Shown: positions 1-8,971, counted from the first letter of the stretch. The stretch is DNA of 64,000 nucleotides from Candidatus Berkelbacteria bacterium (GCA_016187225.1 JACPKC010000002.1:3387-67386), one strand, 5' to 3'. The notes: generated by a model from the letters alone, not told the origin. Translations and numbers: made by a program.

Positions 1-408
1 CTGAAAATTTGCTAACACCTCGTTTTTTTGCTCGCTCACCGCAGGCGTCGATGGCGCCTTGTCGGCTTCAATCTCGATCAATTTGCGAGCATACGAAAAA
101 CTTGTGCCCGAACAAACGGCGAGTGAAAGCGCCATGCCTTGAGCGGCGCCAAATTCGTTCAAAAAACGCGACAGGTCAGGATTCTCCGGATTCGGCGTGG
201 CAAGTTTAAGATTTGCGCCAGCGCGCAAGTAAGGTATAAGGAGATACTTTGAAATTGATTCTTCGGGAATGACATGCAGGATAGTGCGAGAAAATGGGTA
301 GTCGACTAGATTTACATATTGTAAGCGCAGACGCTCGGCAAGCGCTTGCGCTTCGCGTTCCTCCTCATCGCGATTTACGTTTTGCACCATCGAACGCACA
401 TCAAACAT
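1..408 (-). CDS. pilB: Type IV pilus/T2SS assembly ATPase PilB/GspE, N-terminal part (runs off the window edge)
   Basis: Manually translated open frame from ATG at 408 with upstream GGAGG: MFDVRSMVQNVNRDEEEREAQALAERLRLQYVNLVDYPFSRTILHVIPEESISKYLLIPY... This resembles the GspE/PilB N-terminal domain. The ATPase domain lies outside the window. Confidence 0.7.
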   Translation of the reverse strand, partial: MFDVRSMVQNVNRDEEEREAQALAERLRLQYVNLVDYPFSRTILHVIPEESISKYLLIPYLRAGANLKLATPNPENPDLSRFLNEFGAAQGMALSLAVCSGTSFSYARKLIEIEADKAPSTPAVSEQKNEVLANFQ

Positions 409-488
409 CAACCCTCCACTTCTCCACTTACTTTACCATACGGATTCGAGTATATTGCGAAATGAGTTCCATATCAAAAGGAGGAAGC

Positions 489-1178
489 ATGCCGGAGACA
501 ATGACTCCGTCGGAAGCGCAAGAAGCGGCGCCAGATGGGAAGAAGCCAATTGAAAATGCCCCTACTCATCCAGCGCTCGGTGGCAACGATAAGGCCAGAG
601 AATTAGCTCGAGATCTTGCAAGGGCGGCTGACGGAGAGACGCTTGTCGAGCCCACATTGCCCCCATTTAGTGGATTTGGAAAGCCCTCCACCAAAGAAGA
701 CCCATTGGCGCTTCATTTGCCTAAAAGTCCAGGCGAGGCAGGCGTTAGCGAAACAATTCAGCCTTTGGCGAACGATGGTGTTTTAAGCCCAGTCGATCTG
801 GCCAGTTTCCCCGCCCAACTTGCGCCTGTCGTTCAAGAACTTGTTGCCCTTATCCCGGATAATCTGCATCTTAAAATCGGTAGCTGGGAACAGCCGCAAG
901 CATCGGGCAAAGGTATCGAAGTTATTCCTTTCTTTGTTGAGAAGGATGGAAAGTTTGAAAAAATTGGCGAAGACCAGTTTCAGGCTCTAATCAGTAAGTT
1001 GTCGAATAAGGATAAAAATTCCATCACGCTTGCGCATAAAAACCTCGCGCAAGCCGCCCAGGAATATGTCAACTCGATGCAAATCTCGACGCGACCAGCG
1101 CCTGCCGAGAACAAGGGTGAATCAAAAGGAATTTTGGGTCAGGTTCGTTCTTGGTGGAATCGCCTACGAGGCAAGTGA
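489..1178 (+). CDS. Hypothetical protein (Pro/Ala/Glu-rich N-terminus)
   Basis: Part of ORF 294..1178. ATG at 489 follows AAAGGAGG; the upstream extension overlaps the pilB-like gene. Confidence 0.6.
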   Translation: MPETMTPSEAQEAAPDGKKPIENAPTHPALGGNDKARELARDLARAADGETLVEPTLPPFSGFGKPSTKEDPLALHLPKSPGEAGVSETIQPLANDGVLSPVDLASFPAQLAPVVQELVALIPDNLHLKIGSWEQPQASGKGIEVIPFFVEKDGKFEKIGEDQFQALISKLSNKDKNSITLAHKNLAQAAQEYVNSMQISTRPAPAENKGESKGILGQVRSWWNRLRGK

Positions 1179-1196
1179 GAAAAAATCTGGTTCAGA

Positions 1197-1225
1197 TTGA
1201 CATTTCCCTCCTGATATGATACAAA
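1197..1225 (+). promoter_or_regulatory. Possible sigma70 promoter
   Basis: TTGACA at 1197, a 17-nt spacer, then TG-n-TACAAA, upstream of the CDS at 1275. The -10 is imperfect. Confidence 0.35.
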
Positions 1226-1274
1226 TTTTTGTCCTTTAAGCAAGGGCGAAAATTTTTTATTGGAGGGTTTTACA

Positions 1275-2204
1275 ATGAGATACTTTTTTCGCGAGCCGTT
1301 TTGGGTGATCGTAATGGCCATCTTTCTCGTGGGGCAGGCGAAGGCGTATACATCGCTCTACAGTCCGGCAGATTACCTTCTGCCGATCGTCGTCGAACGC
1401 CCGGAGCAAAGCGGGAGCCGGTCGGTGAATGAAAAGAAGCTCCAGGAGGGCATCGAGCGACGAGTCAGGGCGAACGGCTGGCCGTACGAGGAAGAGCCGC
1501 GTGCGTTTTACGCTTTCAAAATTTCGTATGAAATTTTGGCCGAGGGCGATGAGTCGCGGCGGCGATCTTCAACCTTTCGTTATCAGGTGCCGGAGTTTTA
1601 TTCAACCTGGGATCGGAAGGGTAAGATGCGAACTCATGTTCGCACGCGCACCGTCTCGAGCACGCAACGCGACTCCCAACACCTCAAGGGTTACACCTTC
1701 GAGGTGAATGGTCGAGTGATCGATCAGGATGGGAGAACGATTCTTGAAGCCTGGCGGAGCGTGCCTTGGGTTGTGCGCCCACGGGCGTCGAATTCGAGCT
1801 CCTACCGCGGAATAGGTGGGAGCGAGTCGAGTAGCGTCACGCGCCGCGCCAACTCAGACGCGATCGAGTCCCATCAGCTCGACAGAGCGATGGACGATCT
1901 CATGGGCGATCTGACCGCCCAACTCACTCGCAAGGTTGCCGCGGGTGAGATTGCGAGAGTGTCTCGCGTATCGCGGGGCGGGCCATCGGGGCGAGAAGGT
2001 GTAGTACCGGAAAGTATCCGGTGCTCCTCGGAAGCAGTGGTGCTTCTCGAGGCCTGCCCAGAAACGGCTGAGAAGATTCGTGCCATCCTTGTGCGCGGCA
2101 ACCAACCGCGCTTCACGCGAGCGCAAACCGGCGAGCGGTTTTGGGTGTTACGCGAGGCTCAAAACGAGCCTCGCGGCACCTTTGAAATGGTGCGCATAAA
2201 GTAG
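1275..2204 (+). CDS. Hypothetical secreted protein
   Basis: ATG at 1275 after GGAGG; hydrophobic signal peptide ending AKA; no family recognised. Confidence 0.65.
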   Translation: MRYFFREPFWVIVMAIFLVGQAKAYTSLYSPADYLLPIVVERPEQSGSRSVNEKKLQEGIERRVRANGWPYEEEPRAFYAFKISYEILAEGDESRRRSSTFRYQVPEFYSTWDRKGKMRTHVRTRTVSSTQRDSQHLKGYTFEVNGRVIDQDGRTILEAWRSVPWVVRPRASNSSSYRGIGGSESSSVTRRANSDAIESHQLDRAMDDLMGDLTAQLTRKVAAGEIARVSRVSRGGPSGREGVVPESIRCSSEAVVLLEACPETAEKIRAILVRGNQPRFTRAQTGERFWVLREAQNEPRGTFEMVRIK

Positions 2205-2220
2205 CAAGTAGCTTTTTTAT

Positions 2221-2254
2221 CGGCCTGTCAGCGTGTGTCTGTAGGCCGGTTTTT
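2221..2254 (+). terminator. Intrinsic terminator-like hairpin between convergent genes
   Basis: CGGCCT...AGGCCG stem followed by a T run. Confidence 0.55.
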
Positions 2255-3474
2255 TATTCTGGAACGAAAACAGTCCAGACGCGGCCATTGTCGTCCGGCA
2301 CCGCATCTTGATAAAGCTCTTCACCCGTACTGGCATTTTTGATCGTAACCGGCAGATCCGGTGGTAATTGAAGTGTAGCCGTGCCACTGCTATTCGTTAT
2401 CACTTCATCGATTTTTTGCCCGCCAGTATAGATTTCAAGGAGTTGATTAGGTTCAGTTTGATTCGTGTTTTTATTATTAGTAGTGATTAGCGTTAGACTC
2501 ACTGTCTGGCGCGTGTGATCAAGTGTCACCTTACTTTCCTTGCCTTCTTCAACAAAGGCGGGACTAATAAGATTACCCTCTTCGTCGTAGATATCGACCT
2601 CGCCGGGTGCGACTTCCTCAACCGTGTCTTGTCCATTGGAGTCGGTGATGACTTCGTGAACAACGTCGGACTTGCGTTCCTTAACGCGCAATTTTACAGC
2701 CGGCGCCCCACTCTTGAGTTGAATCTTAACTTTTCCCGCCTTAATACTGGGCGTTGCCCCGCCGCCGCCAACACTGACTTGATTCCCGCCAGGGCTTAAA
2801 TCGACGTTGGAGCTCCCGGGTGAGATCGAAGGTGTAATATCGGGCGCGTTGAAAGTGGTATCGGCGACGCCTAGAACCTGGAGAATATAAATTCCGATTG
2901 GCCACGCGAGAACAACGAGAGCAATGCCAATGACCGATTCAGTCAGCATGCTTTTTGCGGCCTTGCTTTGCGTGTCGTCGCCGGCGGCTGTGAGATAGCG
3001 AATCCCGCTTCCCAAAAAAAGAATCATAAAAATTACCGTGGCGGCGATTACGACCAGATTCCAGATTTTTGGAAAAGACGTACCGATATCATGGAAAATT
3101 GGGGGCAAGCTTTCGGGCGGTTCGAGGGCGAGCCCGACATTACCTTCTTGGCCAGTTTGTGTTGCCCCGCCCCCAGCGCTTTCACCGGAAAGTTTTTGCA
3201 TTATATTACCTAGAGTACCCTTTACGCCTTCTACCGCATCATTAATCCCTTTACCAGTGTTTTTAGGTATTTGCCCAAGTGATTTTAAGCTATCGTTAAT
3301 TGATTCCAAGATGGCGCTAGAGCCATCTTTAGCGTCAGCGGGTTCTGTTTTTCCAGCCGCACCACTTTCCCCCCCGGGGTCATCTCCAGCCTGGACTGTC
3401 GATATCGAGAATATCGGGGAAAATACAAAAACAAAGAAGAGTAAGCAATAATAAATAAAACAATAACTCTTCAC
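2254..3474 (-). CDS. TrbC/VirB2-type pilin-domain protein with C-terminal beta-rich (Ig/prealbumin-like) domains
   Basis: Signal peptide; pilin core GIRYLTAAGDDTQSKAAKSMLTESVIG between two hydrophobic helices; two repeats with EVITxSxG. Confidence 0.75.
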   Translation of the reverse strand: MKSYCFIYYCLLFFVFVFSPIFSISTVQAGDDPGGESGAAGKTEPADAKDGSSAILESINDSLKSLGQIPKNTGKGINDAVEGVKGTLGNIMQKLSGESAGGGATQTGQEGNVGLALEPPESLPPIFHDIGTSFPKIWNLVVIAATVIFMILFLGSGIRYLTAAGDDTQSKAAKSMLTESVIGIALVVLAWPIGIYILQVLGVADTTFNAPDITPSISPGSSNVDLSPGGNQVSVGGGGATPSIKAGKVKIQLKSGAPAVKLRVKERKSDVVHEVITDSNGQDTVEEVAPGEVDIYDEEGNLISPAFVEEGKESKVTLDHTRQTVSLTLITTNNKNTNQTEPNQLLEIYTGGQKIDEVITNSSGTATLQLPPDLPVTIKNASTGEELYQDAVPDDNGRVWTVFVPE

Positions 3475-3499
3475 GTTTTACCCCTCGCTCGTAACCAAT

Positions 3500-3895
3500 T
3501 TACTCAACCGTTGTGGGGATGCTGTCGCTTGTCACGCCTTCGATTCCCAAGAGACGCAGAACATAGGTGCCAACTGCCCAGGCGGTTACCACGAGCACCA
3601 AGCCAACCACGGCGTCGAGCATGAGCGCCCGCGCTTTTTTCACCTGCTCTTCATTGCCGGAAGAGGCAAGATACATAATGCCGCCAACCAGAAAAAGAAT
3701 TACAAACACCACGCCCGCTACGATGATGGCGATATCGAAGATGGATTCGATTGTGCCTTCAAAAGTCGTGAATTTATTCGGAATTTTATCGGGTTGTTCG
3801 ATCGTTTGCCCAAAGGCAACCGCCGGCATGGCCCAGCTCGAAACAGCTAAAATCTTGACTAAACTTTCCCTCTGTCGCATTAACCAGACTGTCAT
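3500..3895 (-). CDS. TrbC/VirB2-type (CPR) pilin
   Basis: GGIMYLASSGNEEQVKKARALMLDAVVG flanked by two TM helices; AAAGGAGG RBS. Confidence 0.85.
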   Translation of the reverse strand: MTVWLMRQRESLVKILAVSSWAMPAVAFGQTIEQPDKIPNKFTTFEGTIESIFDIAIIVAGVVFVILFLVGGIMYLASSGNEEQVKKARALMLDAVVGLVLVVTAWAVGTYVLRLLGIEGVTSDSIPTTVE

Positions 3896-3922
3896 AAATC
3901 CTCCTTTGATAAATATATATAT

Positions 3923-4244
3923 TTAGCCGCCGATATCGATTGAACCAATCCCAAGCAAACCCAAAACGTAGTTGCCCACGGCCCACGCAATCACAATAAT
4001 CACCATCCCGATCACGGCATCAATTAAAAGCTGTTTGGCTTTTTTAGTTTGTTCATCGTTACCCGCATTAGTTAAGTACATTATCTGGCGGATCAATATT
4101 TTGCAAAACTTGCCCGCCACCGCTGGCGCTTTCGCCTGTCGACTTCACACTTGGCGCGCCTGGCGCAGTCTTAGCCGCTTTCGCCAAAACGAGTGACGGC
4201 GCAAGAAACACAATTAATGAAATTAAGGAAATAAATTTTCGCAT
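3923..4244 (-). pseudogene. Pilin gene, frameshifted and lacking its first hydrophobic helix (real lesion or assembly gap)
   Basis: ATG at 4244 after GGAGG reads MRKFISLISLIVFLAPSLVLA...QNIDPPD, then joins out of frame at ~4083 to the pilin C-half MYLTNAGNDEQTKKAKQLLIDAVIG. Confidence 0.75.
3943..4083. repeat. 141-bp exact direct repeat, copy 1 (pilin C-half)
   Basis: Identical base by base to 5990..6130. Confidence 0.95.
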
Positions 4245-4259
4245 AGCCCTCCAGCCTAT

Positions 4260-4580
4260 TTATTGAATGCCCAGATCAAGTTTGCCCGCCTCGCCAATGC
4301 CGAGGAGTTGCAAGATATATGTGCCTATCGCCCAGGCAATCACGACAATAATCAAACCCACGATCGCATCCACCAACAGTTTTTTGGCTTTATTCGTGTT
4401 TTCCTCGTTGCCGGCGGCCACAAGATACTGAATGCCGCCAATTAAAAAAAGCAGAACGAAAATCACCCCGGCCAAAGTGATGCCGATGTTAAAAAAAGCG
4501 CTGATCGCGTCCGAGATATTGGTAAATTCCGTGCCACGTAATTTATTTGGCGTATCGACGCTTTGGGCGAGTTGAATCAT
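4260..4580 (-). CDS. TrbC/VirB2-type (CPR) pilin
   Basis: GGIQYLVAAGNEENTNKAKKLLVDAIVG motif; two TM helices. Confidence 0.85.
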   Translation of the reverse strand: MIQLAQSVDTPNKLRGTEFTNISDAISAFFNIGITLAGVIFVLLFLIGGIQYLVAAGNEENTNKAKKLLVDAIVGLIIVVIAWAIGTYILQLLGIGEAGKLDLGIQ

Positions 4581-4670
4581 TTTTCTTGCCTCTATAAGTT
4601 TATAATGCCACTATACCATACTCGTTTCGTCGAGCGTATTTCTCCACAGAGGTGGTGAATTGCCAGTGTC

Positions 4671-5117
4671 CTAGGGTTCCAACTTAATCGCGTCCGGCAG
4701 TATGAACGAGGCGGCGAGAAATTTGAGAAACATATAGGAGCCAAAGACCACGCCGATACCGAGTAAAGTATATAAGATGCCCATTTTAGCCGCTTGTGCT
4801 TGAGTGGCGTTTCCACTCGAGGTAACAAGCTTGTAGCCATTTAAGATCAGAAAAATCAGGGCGATTGCCAGAACAAACCTAATCATTGCGTTCGCGATCG
4901 CTTTCAAAAATATCATAATATTTTCAAAGGTTTGTTCTTTTGGGTCGCTAACAATGCTCCAGTCGATACCAAAAAGATTTTGATCAGCGGCGTGCGTAAG
5001 TTGAGGAATGAGAAAAACGGCAAAAAGAAAAATTAAGCCTATCAAGAAGGTTTTTGACTGAACACGTTTTACCAGTTGGTAGGTTTTGGTTCGCAATGAC
5101 ATTTTTTCCTCACTCAA
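4671..5117 (-). CDS. TrbC/VirB2-type (CPR) pilin
   Basis: Signal peptide; GYKLVTSSGNATQAQAAKMGILYTLLG motif. Confidence 0.8.
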   Translation of the reverse strand: MSEEKMSLRTKTYQLVKRVQSKTFLIGLIFLFAVFLIPQLTHAADQNLFGIDWSIVSDPKEQTFENIMIFLKAIANAMIRFVLAIALIFLILNGYKLVTSSGNATQAQAAKMGILYTLLGIGVVFGSYMFLKFLAASFILPDAIKLEP

Positions 5118-5979
5118 TAAAGCGTTTTAAGACTTCGAGAATACCATAAGCGGTGAGCACAACGACGGCGCCCATAATTGCAAACAACATGCCGTTTTTA
5201 GCTTCTTTAGTCGCATCGGTATCGCCAGCGCCCAAAAGATAGCGGAAAGCATTTATCATAAAGAAAACCAGCGTTACCAGGCCAAGAAGAATGATCAAGA
5301 TGTTGGGGATGCTCGAAGTGACTAGGGTTTCAATCGAATCGACGTTTAAAACACTTTTCAAATCTATCTCGCTGATTGGCGTGATAACTACCTTCGGGCT
5401 GGGTGGAAGAGTTGTGCCCTTACTGCTCCCGCCCAGGCCGCCGTTTCTGCTACTACCTCCGCCGCCCCCACTCCCACCACTTCCTCCATCAGCCCCCCCG
5501 CCAGTCCACGGAAACTGCCAGCCGTTACCAGACCCGCCATCAATCCCATTATTAAGATCTGATTCCGTAAACAGATCATCATTTGGACCATCGTCAAACC
5601 ACCAGCGGCTATAATCATCATCTGTCATTTCCCAATCATTGTCGCCATCGTTGCTTCCTACGCCGCTCTCGCTCCCAGATCCGCCATCAATTCCATATTC
5701 AAAAGGCAATCTTACGTTGTCATCATTGCCCGTGTACCAGCTGTTATCTTGATTCGGAACATCGTCAAACCATGAGCGATTATCATCTTGATCGGCAGAA
5801 GAAAATCCACCACTATTGTCCTCATTATATGGCAAGTACCAGCCGTTATATGGGTTAAATGAAGCTTGAATTGGAAAGCGAATGTTGGAATAGACAAATG
5901 CGCTTACTCCAACCAAGCCAGTCAAGCCGAGGATGAATAGTCGAAGCTTAATTTTTTTATTGAGAGAGAATTTTTTCAT
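5110..5979 (-). CDS. Pilin-domain protein with Asp/Gly/Asn/Trp-rich low-complexity region
   Basis: C-terminal AFRYLLGAGDTDATKEAKNGMLFAIMG pilin core; N-terminal leader; acidic repeats. Confidence 0.8.
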   Translation of the reverse strand: MKKFSLNKKIKLRLFILGLTGLVGVSAFVYSNIRFPIQASFNPYNGWYLPYNEDNSGGFSSADQDDNRSWFDDVPNQDNSWYTGNDDNVRLPFEYGIDGGSGSESGVGSNDGDNDWEMTDDDYSRWWFDDGPNDDLFTESDLNNGIDGGSGNGWQFPWTGGGADGGSGGSGGGGGSSRNGGLGGSSKGTTLPPSPKVVITPISEIDLKSVLNVDSIETLVTSSIPNILIILLGLVTLVFFMINAFRYLLGAGDTDATKEAKNGMLFAIMGAVVVLTAYGILEVLKRFIE

Positions 5980-6605
5980 AAACTAATTAAACCAATCCCA
6001 AGCAAACCCAAAACGTAGTTGCCCACGGCCCACGCAATCACAATAATCACCATCCCGATCACGGCATCAATTAAAAGCTGTTTGGCTTTTTTAGTTTGTT
6101 CATCGTTACCCGCATTAGTTAAGTACATTACGCTTTGAAAACTGGAACCTAGATCTGGCGCACCAATTTGAAGGATTGCGTTCCCACCAGTGCCACTTGT
6201 TCCACCACCATTGCTACCACCATTTGAATTTGCGCCGCCACTCGCGGCTTTATTAGGTGATCCACCTGACGAGGAACCGTTTTGAGCTAAAAGCCCTCCT
6301 TGCTGACGAATTTCATCAAGGCCTGGCGCCGGGTCTACGTCATCGGGGCGGCTAAGTGGCCTAAGTTCATTCCTACCGAGCGAGGTGTTGGTAAGACCCC
6401 CGTTAAATTCGGCGTCAATTTTATCTTGCGCATCCCCGCCCTCACTAATCATTCCACCATCAACCCAAGCTGGGGATTGAACTGGATCAGCTGAAGCGGT
6501 AAAACTAATTTTAGAGTAAGCAAAGGCGCTGGCGCTGATTAGACCCGTCAGTCCGAGGGCAAAAAGTCGAAGCTTAATTTTTTTGTTGAGATAAATTTTT
6601 TTCAT
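5976..6605 (-). CDS. Pilin-domain protein with Gly/Ser linker (first pilin helix missing)
   Basis: Leader paralogous to that of 5110..5979; C-terminus encoded by the 141-bp repeat. Confidence 0.75.
   Translation of the reverse strand: MKKIYLNKKIKLRLFALGLTGLISASAFAYSKISFTASADPVQSPAWVDGGMISEGGDAQDKIDAEFNGGLTNTSLGRNELRPLSRPDDVDPAPGLDEIRQQGGLLAQNGSSSGGSPNKAASGGANSNGGSNGGGTSGTGGNAILQIGAPDLGSSFQSVMYLTNAGNDEQTKKAKQLLIDAVIGMVIIVIAWAVGNYVLGLLGIGLISL
5990..6130. repeat. 141-bp exact direct repeat, copy 2
   Basis: Identical to 3943..4083. Confidence 0.95.
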
Positions 6606-6651
6606 ATCAAAGATTGTTGTATCGTTTTGTCTCCTCGCGATAATAAATCAC

Positions 6652-8052
6652 TCACTCACCCTGTAAAATGGCAGAAATTTTTTGAGCCGCTTCTTCAATG
6701 GCATTTTGTGGCGCCTGACTCTTGGTGCCCACGCGTTGAATTAAGTCGCGGAAAATTGTGTCAACTTTGTCGGGACGTTTCGTTTTATACCAACTCTTTG
6801 CCGTCTGTTGCTGATATGCAAACGGATTACCGCTCTCGCCTCGATCTAAAACGGTGGGCGGTTCTTCTTCGGGTTTAGGATCAGGCCGTTTTGTTGCCGA
6901 ACGATAAGGATTACCGCGCTCAATCACCAAATTTTTTAACACCTCCCAGGCTAGAGTGGGATTTTTGGTATTTTTTGTGACCGTTTCAATATAGTACGAA
7001 GCATAGTCGACCGGCGTATCGATGTCGCGCACCTGCGGCAGAGGTATGGATGAATATTTGAGTGTCGGCGCGAGCTGGTTAAAGATTAGTTCGTAGTATT
7101 GAAAGCCAAAAATCATCGCCGCCTTGCCTTCAATAAAAGCCTGAACATCGCCTGGCATAGAGGTGTTCCAGGAATAGTAAGATTTGGCTGGATCGGCAAA
7201 ACCGGTAAAGCGTTCTAATGCCTCTGTGCCCTTGAAAACAGTTTGGCCAACGGCATTTTTAACGCCTAAATGAAAGCTTGCGTTGGTGTGCTCGGGCGAA
7301 ACCATCTCGGCGCCGTTTTGGAGCATGAGCGCGTAGACAACGTCTTCGGCGCGCGAAATGTTGTTGGCGGTGCCGGCGGCGAGACCAGAGACGCTAATAC
7401 TCCCATCGGGATTTTTTTCAGTGAGAAGTTCAACCGCGCGCTGGAGCTTGTCGTAGGTATTGAGCGGATCGCGGAGCAAGTCAGCCTCTTCATCGCGGTC
7501 GACATCTTCGAGTTCAGAGATTTTTTTGTTGAAAACGGCGGTGTTTTTCCAGATGCCGAGGGTGTCAACATAGTAAGGCAAGCCATAAATGCTTCCATCG
7601 TACACCACATCTTGCGTAACGACCGGGGCAAACAGGGCTTTGAGGGCATCTTCATCGGTTTGATTGCTGTTTTTACCGAGGAGACCATTGGGCATCGGGA
7701 CGAGTTTATTCTTGTGTCGCGGAAGCCAATCGTTACGGATCGACCAAATATCCGGCCCCTCGCCCGCGGCGAGCGCTTCAGCGGTAGTCAGTTCGAACTC
7801 GCTCGCGCTCATGAGTGTGTATTCAAGTGTGATCGCGGGATTGTCGCGCTCGAACTCCTCGATAATCGGTTCAAAAACCTCGGCGCTATCAAAGGTGCGC
7901 CAGATCTTGAGCGTGACTGGTTCGGTTTGGCCAGCGATGCCGCTACTTTGACTGCTTGAAGATTTCCGGCCGATACAGCCAGTTAAGAGTATTGGAATCA
8001 AGGCAAGCGCTAAAGCTCGCCCAAACCATTTAATTGGAGTTTTCTGACTCAC
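6652..8052 (-). CDS. Extracellular solute-binding lipoprotein (sugar-binding family 1-like)
   Basis: Lipobox LTGC; motifs GEGPDIW, IYGLPYYVDTL and FIEGKAAM. No permease genes adjacent. Confidence 0.9.
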   Translation of the reverse strand: MSQKTPIKWFGRALALALIPILLTGCIGRKSSSSQSSGIAGQTEPVTLKIWRTFDSAEVFEPIIEEFERDNPAITLEYTLMSASEFELTTAEALAAGEGPDIWSIRNDWLPRHKNKLVPMPNGLLGKNSNQTDEDALKALFAPVVTQDVVYDGSIYGLPYYVDTLGIWKNTAVFNKKISELEDVDRDEEADLLRDPLNTYDKLQRAVELLTEKNPDGSISVSGLAAGTANNISRAEDVVYALMLQNGAEMVSPEHTNASFHLGVKNAVGQTVFKGTEALERFTGFADPAKSYYSWNTSMPGDVQAFIEGKAAMIFGFQYYELIFNQLAPTLKYSSIPLPQVRDIDTPVDYASYYIETVTKNTKNPTLAWEVLKNLVIERGNPYRSATKRPDPKPEEEPPTVLDRGESGNPFAYQQQTAKSWYKTKRPDKVDTIFRDLIQRVGTKSQAPQNAIEEAAQKISAILQGE

Positions 8053-8080
8053 TTCCCCTCCGTATTTACATTACATTGTA

Positions 8081-8959
8081 TCACGCGCGCAGAACTTTAA
8101 TGAGAAACTCACGAAACTCTGCTTTGAGATCTTCGCGTTTGAGAGCGAATTCAACAACGGTTTTCAGGTACTCCAATTTATTGCCGGTGTCATAGTAGCG
8201 GCCGCCGGCGATCTCTCGAACATAAGCTTTCCGTTTTTTACTCAAAGCATCGATCGCATTGGCAAGAAAAATCTCGTTGCCGTGACCGGGGCGGGTGTGC
8301 TCAAGCTCAGTAAAAATGTCCGGCGTTAGCACATAACAACCATCGGCTAAAAGATCAGAAGGCGCTTCATTGGGCAACGGTTTTTCGACCAAACGATTCA
8401 AGATTGAAGTGTGCGGCGTTCTGGTTGGAGTGATGTCAAAAATTCCATAGCGGCTGGCATCCTCTTCTCGGGCAAGTTTGACGCCTGACAGAACCGGCTC
8501 GCCGAACTCTTGAAATGTTTCCAAGCACTGTTTCAGCCTTGGAGTTTCCGCCCAGGTAAATTGATCACCCCAAAGAACGGCAAACGGTTCGTCGCCAATC
8601 ACATGTCGAGCGTTCAAAACCGGTGTGCCGTTGCCGTAAGGACCTTTTTGGCGAATGTAGACAAAATTAGCCATCTCGGCGATTCGGCGCACCTCTTCGA
8701 TTTGGCTCTGTTTCTCGGCTGCTTCGAGACGTTTTTCCAGCTCGAATGGATAATCGAAGTGATCTTCAATCGAGCGTTTATGCCAGCCAGTGACGATAAT
8801 AATGTCTTCGATGCCCGAGGCGACAGCCTCTTCCACGACATATTGAATGACTGGTTTATCAACAACCGGAAGCATCTCTTTTGGCATTGCCTTGGTGGCG
8901 GGTAAAAAACGAGTTCCAAATCCTGCCGCCGGAATGACGGCTTTGCGAACCTTGGCCAT
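8081..8959 (-). CDS. galU: UTP--glucose-1-phosphate uridylyltransferase
   Basis: KAVIPAAGFGTRFLPATKAMPKEMLPVVDKP signature. Confidence 0.95.
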   Translation of the reverse strand: MAKVRKAVIPAAGFGTRFLPATKAMPKEMLPVVDKPVIQYVVEEAVASGIEDIIIVTGWHKRSIEDHFDYPFELEKRLEAAEKQSQIEEVRRIAEMANFVYIRQKGPYGNGTPVLNARHVIGDEPFAVLWGDQFTWAETPRLKQCLETFQEFGEPVLSGVKLAREEDASRYGIFDITPTRTPHTSILNRLVEKPLPNEAPSDLLADGCYVLTPDIFTELEHTRPGHGNEIFLANAIDALSKKRKAYVREIAGGRYYDTGNKLEYLKTVVEFALKREDLKAEFREFLIKVLRA

Positions 8960-8971
8960 AACACCTCTTCA

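Noticed and set aside
294-488. N-terminal extension of ORF 294..1178 and ORF 9..209
   Set aside because: They overlap the minus-strand PilB-like gene, and a strong RBS supports ATG 489.
2254-6605. Shufflon or invertible pilin locus
   Set aside because: All genes and repeats are in direct orientation; no inverted recombination sites or recombinase were seen.
7270-7959. Long antisense ORFs (e.g. 7270..7959, 35107..35811, 3038..3451)
   Set aside because: They are shadows of well-supported genes on the opposite strand, with no motifs or RBS.
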